From an uncultured Alphaproteobacteria bacterium (GTDB lineage Bacteria > Pseudomonadota > Alphaproteobacteria > Bin95), in contig CALKDI010000007.1 in assembly GCA_938084065.1 (NCBI GenBank), forward strand, positions 1 through 41,927: a stretch of DNA of 41,927 bases, written 5' to 3'. Under the pieces are notes generated by a model. The model did not search any database. It was given only the letters and a program-made list of their open reading frames with translations, and was not told the DNA's origin. Both the position numbers and the translations under genes were made by a program. Below, in pieces: positions 12,259 to 22,433 of this stretch (the stretch's first letter is position 1; each line of letters opens with the position of its first letter).

Positions 12259-12719
12259 GCTAAGAGAATTCCACCAACGTTCAGGCCGGCCATGTGGGCG
12301 CAGGCTTGCTATTGAGATAGTCTTTGCTCTAACTGCCCTGCGGCGTAGCGTCGACCGCCTGGTTACGGGTAGGCGGCGATCTATGATCAAATTCGCTGGC
12401 ACCCGCTGCATACCTGCCACCGCGAGGGCTATTGAAGGATAGAGCTTTTTAACAGGAAAATCGCACTATTTCAGATCGTTACTTGACCACAGCCCTCACC
12501 ATTAAAGATAGCCAAACTGCGCCTCGTTGCCATGATCTAGCGTGGCAATACGGCCTAACGATGAACCAATTCGGCAGCGCAGTGGCAAATTTGAGATCGT
12601 TGCCGAATCAGGGGGTTAGAATCATCTGGACCGGGACGCCAGCAGCCGTTCCTAACATAGTTGGCTTATAGCACTTTCGGCTGCTACGGCCCGCCGCACG
12701 ACGGTTGCGGTGCAGCATG

Positions 12720-12748
12720 TTGATATTTCCGCTCCCGGCTTCTAGGGT
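12720..12748 (+). promoter_or_regulatory. Putative sigma70 promoter of serC-serA
   Basis: TTGATA-N17-TAGGGT about 80 nt upstream of the serC ATG. Confidence 0.5.
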
Positions 12749-12825
12749 TCGCCGCATTCCGCATTGCGGAACTTTGGCCCGCCACCCCTCTGGCCGATAC
12801 CGACCTCTTTTAAAGGTTTGGACCC

Positions 12826-13977
12826 ATGCAGCAGCCGTCTCTTAAGCCTGCCAGCCCCAATTTTTCGTCCGGTCCCTGCGCCAAACGGCCTGGATGGACA
12901 CCCGCAGCGCTATCCAATGCGCTGCTGGGCCGATCGCACCGATCTGACCCAGGCAAAGCCAAACTCGCCGCGGTGATCGACAAAACGCGGGCTCTGTTGA
13001 GCATCCCCGATGATTACCGCATAGGCATCGTGCCGGCCTCCGACACCGGCGCCGTCGAGATCGCGCTCTGGTCGATGCTGGGCGCCCGCGGCGTAGACGT
13101 GCTGGTGTGGGAGAGCTTTAGCAGCGACTGGCTCGGCGACATCCAAGGGCAATTGGACCTGGATGACGTGCGGGTGCTGAAGTCCGACTATGGCGCACTG
13201 CCCGACCTCTCCCAAGTCGACCCGGCACGGGATGCGGTGTTCGTCTGGAACGGCACGACCTCAGGCGTTCGTGTTCCGAACGGCGACTGGATTGCGGCGG
13301 ATCGGGAAGGCCTAACCATCTGCGACGCGACCTCCGCGGCGTTCTCTATGGATCTGCCATGGGACAAGCTGGATGTGGTCACCTGGTCCTGGCAGAAGGC
13401 TATGGGCGGCGAGGCTGCACACGGCATGCTGGTCCTGAGTCCGCGCGCTGTTGAGCGCCTGGAGAGTTATACCCCGCCCCGTCCAATTCCTAAGGTGTTC
13501 CGCCTGACCAAAGGCGGTAAGCTGACCGAAGGCATCTTCCGCGGCGAGACAATGAACACGCCCTCTATGCTGTGTGTCGAAGACGCCCTCGACGCTCTGG
13601 ATTGGATCGCCAGCATTGGCGGTCAACCGGCCTGCAAGGCGCGGTCAGAGCAATCCCTGGCGCATGTCGCAGCCTGGGTTGAGAAAACCCCGTGGGCAGC
13701 ATTTTTGCCAGAGGTGCTTGCCACACGCTCCAGCACATCGGTGTGTTTGACCATCCAAGACACTGACCTGGGCGACAAAGCGGCTGAAATGCCTGCACGC
13801 ATGGCGAAATTGCTGGATGCAGACGGCATTGCCTACGACATCAACGGCTATCGCTCGGCCCCGCCCGGCCTACGCATTTGGTGTGGCGCGACTATCGAGC
13901 CTAGCGATGTTGCCGCGTTATTACCTTGGCTCGACTGGGCCTTTGCCTCCGTTAAAGCCGACCTGCTCAAGGGATAG
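12826..13977 (+). CDS. serC: Phosphoserine aminotransferase (alphaproteobacterial/Methanosarcina type)
   Basis: [34 protein letters not shown] lysine, NTPSML. Confidence 0.95.
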   Translation: MQQPSLKPASPNFSSGPCAKRPGWTPAALSNALLGRSHRSDPGKAKLAAVIDKTRALLSIPDDYRIGIVPASDTGAVEIALWSMLGARGVDVLVWESFSSDWLGDIQGQLDLDDVRVLKSDYGALPDLSQVDPARDAVFVWNGTTSGVRVPNGDWIAADREGLTICDATSAAFSMDLPWDKLDVVTWSWQKAMGGEAAHGMLVLSPRAVERLESYTPPRPIPKVFRLTKGGKLTEGIFRGETMNTPSMLCVEDALDALDWIASIGGQPACKARSEQSLAHVAAWVEKTPWAAFLPEVLATRSSTSVCLTIQDTDLGDKAAEMPARMAKLLDADGIAYDINGYRSAPPGLRIWCGATIEPSDVAALLPWLDWAFASVKADLLKG

Positions 13978-13983
13978 AGCACT

Positions 13984-15558
13984 ATGCCAAAAGTTCTGAT
14001 TGCCGATGCGCTCAGTGAGCGTGCCGCCGCTATTTTTACAGCCCGTGGCCTGGAGGTTGATGTCAAAGTCGGCCTGAAGCCGGACGAATTGCTGGCCATT
14101 ATTGGCGAGTATGACGGCCTGGCGATTAGGTCCGCCACCAAAGTGACGGCCGACGTCCTGGCGGCAGCGCCAAACCTCAAAGTCATCGGTCGTGCCGGCA
14201 TTGGCGTTGACAATATTGACGTCAACGAAGCTACCGGGCGCGGCATTGTCGTGATGAACACGCCTTTCGGCAACACCATCACCACAGCCGAGCACGCAAT
14301 AGCGATGATGTTCGCGCTGGCCCGGCAAATCCCGGCAGCCGACCGCTCAACCCAAGCTGGCAAGTGGGAGAAATCCCGCTTTATGGGCGTTGAGGTGTTC
14401 GGCAAGACACTGGGCGTTATCGGCTGCGGCAATATTGGTGCGATTGTCGCCGAGCGTACCCTTGGCCTGCGCATGAAAGTGGTGGCCTTCGACCCGTTCC
14501 TATCGCCAGAGCGAGCCGTTGACCTGGGCGTTGAGAAGGTTGAGCTGAATGAGTTGCTGGCCCGCGCCGACTTCATCACCCTGCACACGCCGATGACGGA
14601 CCAGACACGCGGCATCCTGAACGCTGAGACCCTCGCGCAATGCAAACAGGGCGTGCGGATCATCAACTGCGCCCGCGGCGGCCTTGTGGTCGAAGAAGAC
14701 CTGCGGGCAGCCTTGGATAGCGGCCATGTGGCTGGTGCTGCGTTCGACGTGTTTGTGAACGAGCCAGCCAAGGAAAACATCCTGTTTGGGCTCGACAACG
14801 TTGTAACCACACCGCATCTGGGTGCCGCGACGGAAGAGGCACAAGAAAACGTCGCTCTGCAAATCGCAGAGCAAATCAGCGATTATCTGCTGACCGGTGC
14901 CGTATCCAACGCGCTGAACATGCCATCCATCAGTGCTGAGGAAGCGCCACGGCTGCATCCGTTCATGGGCTTGGCGGAGCAGTTGGGCAGCTTTGCCGGC
15001 CAACTCACCGAGACCAGCCTGCGTAAGCTGACGGTGGAATATCGTGGCTATGTCGCGGAACTAAACACTCGCCCGCTGACCGCTCTCATTCTGATGGGGC
15101 TGCTAAAGCCGCTGTTGAACAGTATCAATATGGTCAACGCGCCGGTAATCGCGCGCGAGCGCAATCTTGATGTGACCGAGGTTAAGAATGACCAGTCCGG
15201 CGACTTCCAATCGCTGATCCGGGTCACGGTCGAAACCGAACGCCAGACCCGCACGGTGGCAGGCTCCCTGTTCGGCAACAAGTCGCGTGTTGTCCAGGTT
15301 CAGGACATCAATTTCGATGCACAGCTAGGCGCAAACATGCTGTTCGTACGCAATGAAGACAAGCCGGGCTTTATCGGCAAGCTGGGCACCACGTTGGGCA
15401 ATGCCGGGGTCAATATCGCCAACTTCCATCTTGGCCGGTCGCCCAACAATGGCCATGCGCTGGCGTTGGTGGAGATCGATGAGCCTTGCTCCGAAGCGGT
15501 GGCCGACGAAATCGCCGCGATTGATGGTGTCATCCAGACCAAAGTCATGCGGTTCTGA
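13984..15558 (+). CDS. serA: D-3-phosphoglycerate dehydrogenase
   Basis: RAGIGVDNID, GCGNIG, NCARGG, TPHLGA, C-terminal ASB and ACT domains. Confidence 0.96.
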   Translation: MPKVLIADALSERAAAIFTARGLEVDVKVGLKPDELLAIIGEYDGLAIRSATKVTADVLAAAPNLKVIGRAGIGVDNIDVNEATGRGIVVMNTPFGNTITTAEHAIAMMFALARQIPAADRSTQAGKWEKSRFMGVEVFGKTLGVIGCGNIGAIVAERTLGLRMKVVAFDPFLSPERAVDLGVEKVELNELLARADFITLHTPMTDQTRGILNAETLAQCKQGVRIINCARGGLVVEEDLRAALDSGHVAGAAFDVFVNEPAKENILFGLDNVVTTPHLGAATEEAQENVALQIAEQISDYLLTGAVSNALNMPSISAEEAPRLHPFMGLAEQLGSFAGQLTETSLRKLTVEYRGYVAELNTRPLTALILMGLLKPLLNSINMVNAPVIARERNLDVTEVKNDQSGDFQSLIRVTVETERQTRTVAGSLFGNKSRVVQVQDINFDAQLGANMLFVRNEDKPGFIGKLGTTLGNAGVNIANFHLGRSPNNGHALALVEIDEPCSEAVADEIAAIDGVIQTKVMRF

Positions 15559-16574
15559 TGCGCTGGCTCGCTGCTCTGCTTGGACTGCTTGGACTGCTTG
15601 CGGCGACATCGGCAGCAGCGGACCCACCATGGGATACACGCAAAATCCCGCTGCTAGCCCAACCGGTGTCCCTATCTTCCGATAGCGACAGCCTGCACTT
15701 GGCCTTAGCGGACGGCTCAAACTGGCTTGTCGAGTGGGATATTCCCACCGGCAGGCCCGTGCTGACCGAAGACCGACCCGAGCCAACCATCTCGGTTCCC
15801 GGCATAATCCCGGACGGGCGGGTTGCGGTTGGCAGCGGCCTGGTTCATTGGGCATGGCTTGCCGAGCCAACCGACCAATACCCCCACGGCATTCTGGGCG
15901 ACGAGATAGAAGCCACAACCCTGGTCGTAGAGACGCGAGACGGCACAAAGTTGCAGGCCAAAGCGCCAGATGATTCAGTCTTTGAAGACCTGCAGCCGCG
16001 GCTCTGGGATCTGGATCAGGATGGCGAGCCTGAAGTTTGGGTGATACGCGCTGACCATCGCGTCGGTGCCCGCCTAGAAGCCTATGGCGTCGTGAATGGG
16101 GCCTTGATGCTCCGCTATTCAACAGCACCTATTGGCAGAGGTTTTCGCTGGCTGAACCCGATTGGCATTGCCGACTTCACCGGGCAAGGCATTCCAGAAC
16201 TGGCCTTGGTAATCACCCCGCACATTGGCGGGGTATTAACGCTTTATCGTATCAACGGCGACCAGTTAAAGCCGGTCCTATCCGCCCGCAGCTTTTCCAA
16301 CCATGCGATTGGAAGCCGCGAATTAGGACTGTCCTGGGTTGGTGACATAGACGGCGACGGCCTACCGGATATATTGCTGCCGGGTCCAAACCGCCAATCA
16401 CTCCAGGCTGTTTCACTTGCCAGAGCTGAGCCAAAGCTCATCGCGCAGACCGGGTATTTCCCGCAGATCCAAACCAGCCTTACAGCATTGCCCCTCGCCG
16501 ACGGCAGCCGCGTCATCCTATTTGCCGATGAAAGCCCAGCTTTGCGTTGGCTGCACTTGCCAGCGCGGCCCTAA
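15558..16574 (+). CDS. Secreted FG-GAP/VCBS-repeat protein
   Basis: Signal peptide, then three DxDxDG-type repeats (DLDQDGEPE, DFTGQGIPE, DIDGDGLPD). TGATG overlap with serA. Confidence 0.7.
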   Translation: MRWLAALLGLLGLLAATSAAADPPWDTRKIPLLAQPVSLSSDSDSLHLALADGSNWLVEWDIPTGRPVLTEDRPEPTISVPGIIPDGRVAVGSGLVHWAWLAEPTDQYPHGILGDEIEATTLVVETRDGTKLQAKAPDDSVFEDLQPRLWDLDQDGEPEVWVIRADHRVGARLEAYGVVNGALMLRYSTAPIGRGFRWLNPIGIADFTGQGIPELALVITPHIGGVLTLYRINGDQLKPVLSARSFSNHAIGSRELGLSWVGDIDGDGLPDILLPGPNRQSLQAVSLARAEPKLIAQTGYFPQIQTSLTALPLADGSRVILFADESPALRWLHLPARP

Positions 16575-16629
16575 GCGTTAGAACAGGCTCCGTTAGCCCA
16601 AAGCTGCCGAAATCCAGAAAGCCCACGCC

Positions 16630-17775
16630 ATGACAGAAAGCGCTGCCCTGCTGCCTAGCGGCCTGCGAGATACCTTGCCGCCAGAAGCCGAGCATGAGGC
16701 TGAGGTAACGGCCAGTCTGTTGGCGACGTTCCGGCAGAACGGCTACCGGCAAGTCTCACCTCCATTGGTCGAGTTTGAGGCGTCCTTGCTCACGGGCGCC
16801 GGCGCTGCGATGACCGACAAAACGTTCCGTCTTGTCGATCCTGCCTCTCAGCGCACCTTGGCGGTGCGGGCGGACATGACCCCGCAAATCTCCCGCATCG
16901 CCGCAACACGGCTGAGCCGCTGGCCCCGGCCGCTGCGCCTATCCTACAACGGCACGGTTCTGCGGGTCACTGGTGACCAATTGCGGCCCGACCGACAGTT
17001 CCGCCAGGCCGGCCTGGAGTTGATCGGTAGCGACAGCGACGCTGCTGATGCCGAGGCCATCGTCATTTCCGCCGAGGCCTTGACGGCTCTGGGTGTACAG
17101 GGCCTCACCGTCGATCTGAGCCTGCCGCTTTTGGCACCGGCCATCCTCCCTGCCCTATCCCAAGACGGAGCCCTCTCTGGCGAGCTGCGAGAGGCGTTGA
17201 ACCGCAAGGACCAAGCATCAATTGAACGGTTAACCGGCGACGCCGCACCACTCCTGACGCAAGTTATGGCCACGGCAGGGCCTGCTGCGGAAGCGTTGGA
17301 CAGGCTTTCAGCGCTGCCTCTTCCCGATGCAGCTAGGCAGGTATTGGCACCAGCACAGACGTTATTGCCGCTTCTGATGGCTAGCCTTCCAGACCTCGTC
17401 GTGACGCTCGACCCGGTGGAGCATCGTGGCTTTGAGTATCACAGCGGCATCAGTTTCTCGCTGTTTGCCCGCGGCTTGCATGGTGAGTTAGGCCGCGGCG
17501 GTCGCTATTGGGCGACAGCCCCTGGCTTTTCCGGTGAGACGGCGACCGGTGCCACCTTGTATCTGGACATGGTGATGCGCGCGTTGGAGCCAGCGGCAAA
17601 AACCAACCGCCTCTACCTACCGACCGGTACCAGCCCAGCCGAACGCAGGAAGTTGCAGAGCGAAGGGTGGTGGACCGTCGCAAGTTTGGAAGCGTCCAGC
17701 AACGCTGCAACCGAAGCAAAACGCCTAGGCTGCAGCCATGTTTGGCAAGCGGGGGCGGCAGTCAGCGTCGCATAA
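16630..17775 (+). CDS. hisZ: ATP phosphoribosyltransferase regulatory subunit
   Basis: LLPSGLRDTLP, RADMTPQISRIA, RQFRQAGLELIG, FEYHSG, GRGGRY (HisRS-like fold). Follows serA. Confidence 0.9.
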   Translation: MTESAALLPSGLRDTLPPEAEHEAEVTASLLATFRQNGYRQVSPPLVEFEASLLTGAGAAMTDKTFRLVDPASQRTLAVRADMTPQISRIAATRLSRWPRPLRLSYNGTVLRVTGDQLRPDRQFRQAGLELIGSDSDAADAEAIVISAEALTALGVQGLTVDLSLPLLAPAILPALSQDGALSGELREALNRKDQASIERLTGDAAPLLTQVMATAGPAAEALDRLSALPLPDAARQVLAPAQTLLPLLMASLPDLVVTLDPVEHRGFEYHSGISFSLFARGLHGELGRGGRYWATAPGFSGETATGATLYLDMVMRALEPAAKTNRLYLPTGTSPAERRKLQSEGWWTVASLEASSNAATEAKRLGCSHVWQAGAAVSVA

Positions 17776-17801
17776 GCGACGCGACAGCGCCTCCGAAACA
17801 C

Positions 17802-18389
17802 CTACGCAAAATCGCTAGCGAGAGCGGCCCGTGTTCCCTCTGGCACGACGGCGATGTGGCCGTAATGTTCATGGGCAACGCCAACCAAGACCTGAGTGCC
17901 GGGCGTTTTGAATAGGGCAATTTGCGCATCCGTAAAATCAAAATGCACGAACTGCACCGATGAAGCCTTGCCGTCCGCAGACGTGCGATCAGCGTCGGTC
18001 TCCGCCCTACTCATGATGCGTTCGCCGCCGATCTCAATGAACATAGTGTCCTCAACGCCGCCCAGGCGGTTCAGCACGGACTTGCGGCGAATTTCATCGT
18101 CGATCTCGAACATCACCGTCGCGATCAGTTCTTTGCCCTGCGGCACCAGCGGGTTGTAGGCTTCGAGCTCGTCTGGAATTTGCGCTTCCCCGCCCTTCTC
18201 AATTGCCAACATCTCGTGGACCTGGTGCCACATAGTGTCATAGCTCTCAAAATAGAAAGTGCAGAAAGGCCCGACCTCCATGCGGCGGGATTTTTTCAGC
18301 GCCGACATCTCTGTGCGCTTCTGCTTGCGAATAAGCTCATAGTCGGCCAGCGCCATAAGGTCAGCGCGCGTGATCTCAGTCCGCGACAT
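17802..18389 (-). CDS. DUF3501 family protein
   Basis: FESYDTMWHQVHEMLAIEKGG, AYNPLVP, KASSVQFVHF. Third gene after rubrerythrin and Fe-S oxidoreductase. Confidence 0.8.
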   Translation of the reverse strand: MSRTEITRADLMALADYELIRKQKRTEMSALKKSRRMEVGPFCTFYFESYDTMWHQVHEMLAIEKGGEAQIPDELEAYNPLVPQGKELIATVMFEIDDEIRRKSVLNRLGGVEDTMFIEIGGERIMSRAETDADRTSADGKASSVQFVHFDFTDAQIALFKTPGTQVLVGVAHEHYGHIAVVPEGTRAALASDFA

Positions 18390-18421
18390 GATTGCGGTTA
18401 CCTTCTTTAACAATAACGAAT

Positions 18422-19774
18422 TTAGGCTAGCCCATAGGCGCGGGCAAACAACTCAACCGGATGCGGCGCATCTTCAACACGGGCTCCAGCCTCGATAAGG
18501 CCCATACCTTGTGCAATGTGCATGCCAGCAAGCGGGCATTCGGACACGACATAGTGCTTACCAGCGGCCTCTTTGGCATTCTTAACAGCGGCCCGCGCTA
18601 CCGGTTTCCCGACTTTGTGCCCCACCTCATAGTTGTCTTTCATGATGCCCCAAGAGCCACCATGACCGGAGCAACGCTCCACAACTTTCAGGTCAATATT
18701 GGGGATAAAGCGCAATAGCTCGGCTGCTTTCTGACCCATATTTTGCGCCCGCGCATGGCAAGCGATGTGAACGGTCACGCTGCCATCCAGCGGCTTCAAG
18801 CCATCGGCCAGACCTTCGTTCTTGGCGATATCAACGATGTACTCGCTGATGTCTTTGGTCGCCGCAGACAAGGCTTTAACGTTCTCATCATCTGGCACAA
18901 TCAGCGGCCATTCAAACTTCAGCATCAGGGCGCATGATGGCACCAGCGCGATTATCGGCAGGCCCGCGTCTACCTGAGGGCGGAGCTGAGCCGCAACCTT
19001 GCGCGCCCGGTCAGCCACATTCTTGATATCACCCTGCTCCAATTGTGGCATGCCACAGCACATTGGATAGATCAGTTCCGCATCGACGCCGTTTTGCGCC
19101 AGGATCGCAAGGGCCGCCGTACCGGTCTCAGTCCGGTTGTGCTCCGCAAAGCAAGTGGCAAACACCAACGCCTTGCGCGCTGCGGCCGGTGCTGACGTAT
19201 TGCGCACCGGCGGCTGAGACTTGGTTTGAGACGACAGCGATTTTGCAGCGAATGTTGGCAATGCCGCGTCACGATGAACGCCAAGAGTCTTTTCCATCAA
19301 AGGCCGGGTCAGGTTGTTGCCTTCCTTGCTGGCCCAATTGCAGAGACCGGGTGCCAACCGCGCCATGCTGGCATTGCGGTCAGTCTGGGTCAGTTGTTTG
19401 GTGCCGAAATCAGCGCCATCCTTCTGAAACTCAGCTGCCCGATAGCGCAACATCAGATGCGGGAAATCCAGATTGAACTCATGCGGTGGCACATACGGGC
19501 ACTTTGTCATGTAGCACATGTCGCAAAGCGTGCAGGCATCAATGACCGGCTTGAAATCCTTGCTGTCCACCGTGTCGAGCTCAAACGACGGCGCTTCATC
19601 GATCAGATCGAACAGCTTTGGGAAGGAGTCGCAGAGGTTGAAGCAGCGGCGGCAGCCATGACAAATATCGAACACCCGACGCAACTCCGCATCAATCGAC
19701 GCGGGATCGGTAAAGTCTGGTTCGTTCCAGGGGATGGGGTGACGGATCGGGGCTTCCAAGCTGCCTTCAGCCAT
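18422..19774 (-). CDS. Rubrerythrin-associated Fe-S oxidoreductase (GlpC/CCG-domain family)
   Basis: CHGCRRCFNLC, CTLCDMCYMTKCPY, CCGMP, CSGHGG, SECPLA. Confidence 0.88.
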   Translation of the reverse strand: MAEGSLEAPIRHPIPWNEPDFTDPASIDAELRRVFDICHGCRRCFNLCDSFPKLFDLIDEAPSFELDTVDSKDFKPVIDACTLCDMCYMTKCPYVPPHEFNLDFPHLMLRYRAAEFQKDGADFGTKQLTQTDRNASMARLAPGLCNWASKEGNNLTRPLMEKTLGVHRDAALPTFAAKSLSSQTKSQPPVRNTSAPAAARKALVFATCFAEHNRTETGTAALAILAQNGVDAELIYPMCCGMPQLEQGDIKNVADRARKVAAQLRPQVDAGLPIIALVPSCALMLKFEWPLIVPDDENVKALSAATKDISEYIVDIAKNEGLADGLKPLDGSVTVHIACHARAQNMGQKAAELLRFIPNIDLKVVERCSGHGGSWGIMKDNYEVGHKVGKPVARAAVKNAKEAAGKHYVVSECPLAGMHIAQGMGLIEAGARVEDAPHPVELFARAYGLA

Positions 19775-19899
19775 AGCCAACTCCTATTCGGCACGCCAAT
19801 ACATGCCGGTTACGATCAGAATAATCAAACAAATGCGGGGGAAGCGATGGAGCGCCGGCAATATCGACGCTCCATCTTTCAGAATAGCTGAGGCGAGGC

Positions 19900-20313
19900 T
19901 TAGAGCTCGTCTAGGGCTTTCTGGAAACGACCAGCATGGCTACGCTCAGCCTTTGCCAGGGTCTCAAACCAATCAGCGATCTCGTCCAAGCCTTCTTCGC
20001 GAGCTGTGCGCGCCATGCCCGGGTACATATCTGTGTACTCGTGGGTTTCGCCAGCGACAGCGGCGCTCAAGTTTTTGTCGGTGGAACCGATCGGCAGGCC
20101 CGTGGCCGGATCACCAGTTTCCTCAAGGAACTCCAGATGGCCGTGTGCGTGGCCCGTCTCACCCTCAGCGGTGGAGCGGAAAACGGCGGCGACATCATTG
20201 TAGCCTTCGATGTCTGCTTTCTGTGCGAAGTACAGATAACGACGGTTGGCCTGGGATTCACCGGCAAACGCCGCTTTCAAATTGTCTTCGGTCTTGGTGC
20301 CCTTGAGAGCCAT
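19900..20313 (-). CDS. rbr: Short rubrerythrin (no rubredoxin domain)
   Basis: [33 protein letters not shown] diiron ExxH motifs. Confidence 0.92.
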   Translation of the reverse strand: MALKGTKTEDNLKAAFAGESQANRRYLYFAQKADIEGYNDVAAVFRSTAEGETGHAHGHLEFLEETGDPATGLPIGSTDKNLSAAVAGETHEYTDMYPGMARTAREEGLDEIADWFETLAKAERSHAGRFQKALDEL

Positions 20314-20382
20314 GATGACCTTCCTCCGAGAAAGATGGGAAAACTTGTGTGATGCCGGAGCCCATCCCCGTCACCTGGGCCG

Positions 20383-20411
20383 ATTGTGGTGCCTTGCTGT
20401 CCGTTTGTCAA
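20383..20411 (-). promoter_or_regulatory. Sigma70 promoter of rubrerythrin operon
   Basis: Minus strand TTGACA-N17-CACAAT. Confidence 0.7.
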
Positions 20412-20412
20412 G

Positions 20413-20429
20413 TTTAGAATATTTCTAAA
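20413..20429. promoter_or_regulatory. Iron control element (ICE box, Irr operator)
   Basis: TTTAGAA-TAT-TTCTAAA, an exact match to the TTTAGAA-N3-TTCTAAA consensus, adjacent to the -35 box. Confidence 0.85.
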
Positions 20430-20455
20430 ATATTCGATAACTTACTGATACCTAC

Positions 20456-20878
20456 CTAGTCGTTGCGCACGCGCACTACGATATCGACGCGGTCAATTTG
20501 CGTGCCTAACGGCGGACTAGGCAGGCTGGCTACATTAATAAGCTCAGCCGGGATGTCCGTCAGTTCGCCGCGCTCAACGTTGAAGAAGTGGTGGTGCGAA
20601 CCGGTATTGGTGTCGAAATAAGATCGCCCCGGATCGACAACAACTTCGCGCAGCAAGCCAGCTTCACAAAATTGGTGCAAAGTATTGTAGACGGTCGCCA
20701 GGGAGACGGAGAGTCCGGCATTCTCGGCTTCCAGATGCAACTGGTCAGCTGTGATATGACGTTGTTGGTCACCGGAAAACAACAACCGGCCCAACCCCAT
20801 CCGTTGCCGCGTCGGACGCAAATTCGCGTTTCGAAGCTGCTCTATGATACTGCTGTATGATCGGTCGGTCATTGCCAT
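20456..20878 (-). CDS. irr: Fur-family iron response regulator Irr
   Basis: LRPTRQR, SLATVYNTLHQF, FDTN..HHHFF. No C-terminal CxxC. Sits next to an ICE box. Confidence 0.85.
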   Translation of the reverse strand: MAMTDRSYSSIIEQLRNANLRPTRQRMGLGRLLFSGDQQRHITADQLHLEAENAGLSVSLATVYNTLHQFCEAGLLREVVVDPGRSYFDTNTGSHHHFFNVERGELTDIPAELINVASLPSPPLGTQIDRVDIVVRVRND

Positions 20879-21002
20879 TCCCTATCGTTGCCGGTCAAAA
20901 GTACAATTTAAACTGCACTCTGTGAGCCTCAGTATATATACGAGGCCCACCACCACTGCAAAACGAGACAGCGCAAACAGTGACCGCCGTCACAAACTTA
21001 GT

Positions 21003-22403
21003 TTAAGCGCCGCTTTTGATGCGGTCTACCAACTCTTTAACTGTTGGGACAAAACCATTGGCGTAGTACGGGTCTGATGCGAACCGATAAGCGTTATGAC
21101 CAGCAAACATCAACTGAGTATCAGGCTCAACGCCATGAGCAATGTTCTGCAATGTCTTTTGAATACAATAAGATCGCGGGTCCGTCTTACGACCAGTGGT
21201 ACCCGCCTCTGATTCCGACCAGTTCGAGAAGCGACAAGCCGACAGGCAACCCATGCATTCAATCTGATGGGTCAGAATTTGGTTCCGCGATTCCATGGAG
21301 ACAAATATCAGTGTCGAATCCGGAGTTCGCATAGCCTCTGCAAAGCCATCTGCCTTCCAGCCCTCTGCCCGATGCAACTCCTCGCCCGTCAAATAGACCT
21401 TGCGCCCGCGCGGCCCCATCGGGAATGGCGTGTCATGCTCGCCCACCGGTTCGCTGGAGAAGGCAATTTGCCGTTCGTTGCGCTGCCGCAACTCCTCAAT
21501 AAAATCATTGCGGACGGCAGACGAATAGAAACCCGTCGGGCTGTAACGATTTAGGAAGACGTCGCCTTCCTCTAAGGTCAGCAGCCGCTGTTTCCACTCA
21601 TTAGAAATAGGACTTTCCTCGGTCAACAACGGCCGTGTTCCGAACTGGAAGGCGACCGGCGCAAGCTCTGGATCATCAATCCAATCGGCCCATTCATCCA
21701 GACGCCAGACACCGCCAGCCATCACGACCGGTACGTCATTCAATCCAACCTGGTTCATCAGCTTCCGCAGCTCGCGAACACGCGGTTTGGGGTCCTCTGG
21801 CTTTTCTGGATCTTCACTGTTCGACAGGCCATTGTGACCACCGGCGCGCCAGGGATCTTCGTAAACGACACCCCCCAACCATTCCGGGAACTTGTGATAG
21901 GCTCGCTTCCACAACGCGCGGAAAGCACGAGCTGACGAGACAATCGGGTAATAGTAGACGCCGTACGAGGCCGTGATTTCCGCAACCTTATACGGCATGC
22001 CGGCACCGCAGGTTACGCCATCGATCAAACCATGGGCACCCTGCAAAGCACCGTGCAGCACCCGCTCTGCTCCGCCCATTTCCCACAAAATATTCATGTG
22101 GATGGGGCCAGCCCCATTGGAAATTTCATAAGCGGTACGGGCTTGAAAGATCGCACCACGCACCGCGTGGGCGATCAGTTCATCGTGTCGGTCGCGCCGG
22201 GTTCTGCCCAGATAATCCTGGAAAACCATTTCCCCGTCGTCATCGCGGGAGTCCGCGTTAACACCAGAGAATGTGCCTGCTCCGCCGGTGGCTGCCCACG
22301 CGCCGGAGCTTTCACCGTTGGACACCGCAATACCTTTGCCCCCCTCGATGAGAGGGAGAGCATCGCGGCCGGAAATCCGCATCTGGTTCAGCACAAAGCC
22401 CAT
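21003..22403 (-). CDS. Nitronate monooxygenase / 2-nitropropane dioxygenase-like flavoprotein
   Basis: EGGKG, GAGMPY, AGGHNG, MAGGVW, FQFGTR FMN TIM-barrel motifs, plus CMGCLSAC...C. Confidence 0.75.
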   Translation of the reverse strand: MGFVLNQMRISGRDALPLIEGGKGIAVSNGESSGAWAATGGAGTFSGVNADSRDDDGEMVFQDYLGRTRRDRHDELIAHAVRGAIFQARTAYEISNGAGPIHMNILWEMGGAERVLHGALQGAHGLIDGVTCGAGMPYKVAEITASYGVYYYPIVSSARAFRALWKRAYHKFPEWLGGVVYEDPWRAGGHNGLSNSEDPEKPEDPKPRVRELRKLMNQVGLNDVPVVMAGGVWRLDEWADWIDDPELAPVAFQFGTRPLLTEESPISNEWKQRLLTLEEGDVFLNRYSPTGFYSSAVRNDFIEELRQRNERQIAFSSEPVGEHDTPFPMGPRGRKVYLTGEELHRAEGWKADGFAEAMRTPDSTLIFVSMESRNQILTHQIECMGCLSACRFSNWSESEAGTTGRKTDPRSYCIQKTLQNIAHGVEPDTQLMFAGHNAYRFASDPYYANGFVPTVKELVDRIKSGA

Positions 22404-22433
22404 GAGGGCGCGACCCTTTCGAGAGCGTGTAGC

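Noticed and set aside
12259-12420. N-terminal extension of MinC in the ORF track
   Set aside because: Arg-rich and non-MinC-like. Homology starts at MAPPQPF.
12420-12570. CtrA boxes upstream of minC
   Set aside because: Only partial TTAA half-sites; no convincing TTAA-N7-TTAA.
13848-14810. Long antisense ORFs (here opposite serA; also opposite pnp, infB, metK)
   Set aside because: Shadow ORFs expected from GC-rich codon bias opposite conserved genes. No motifs.
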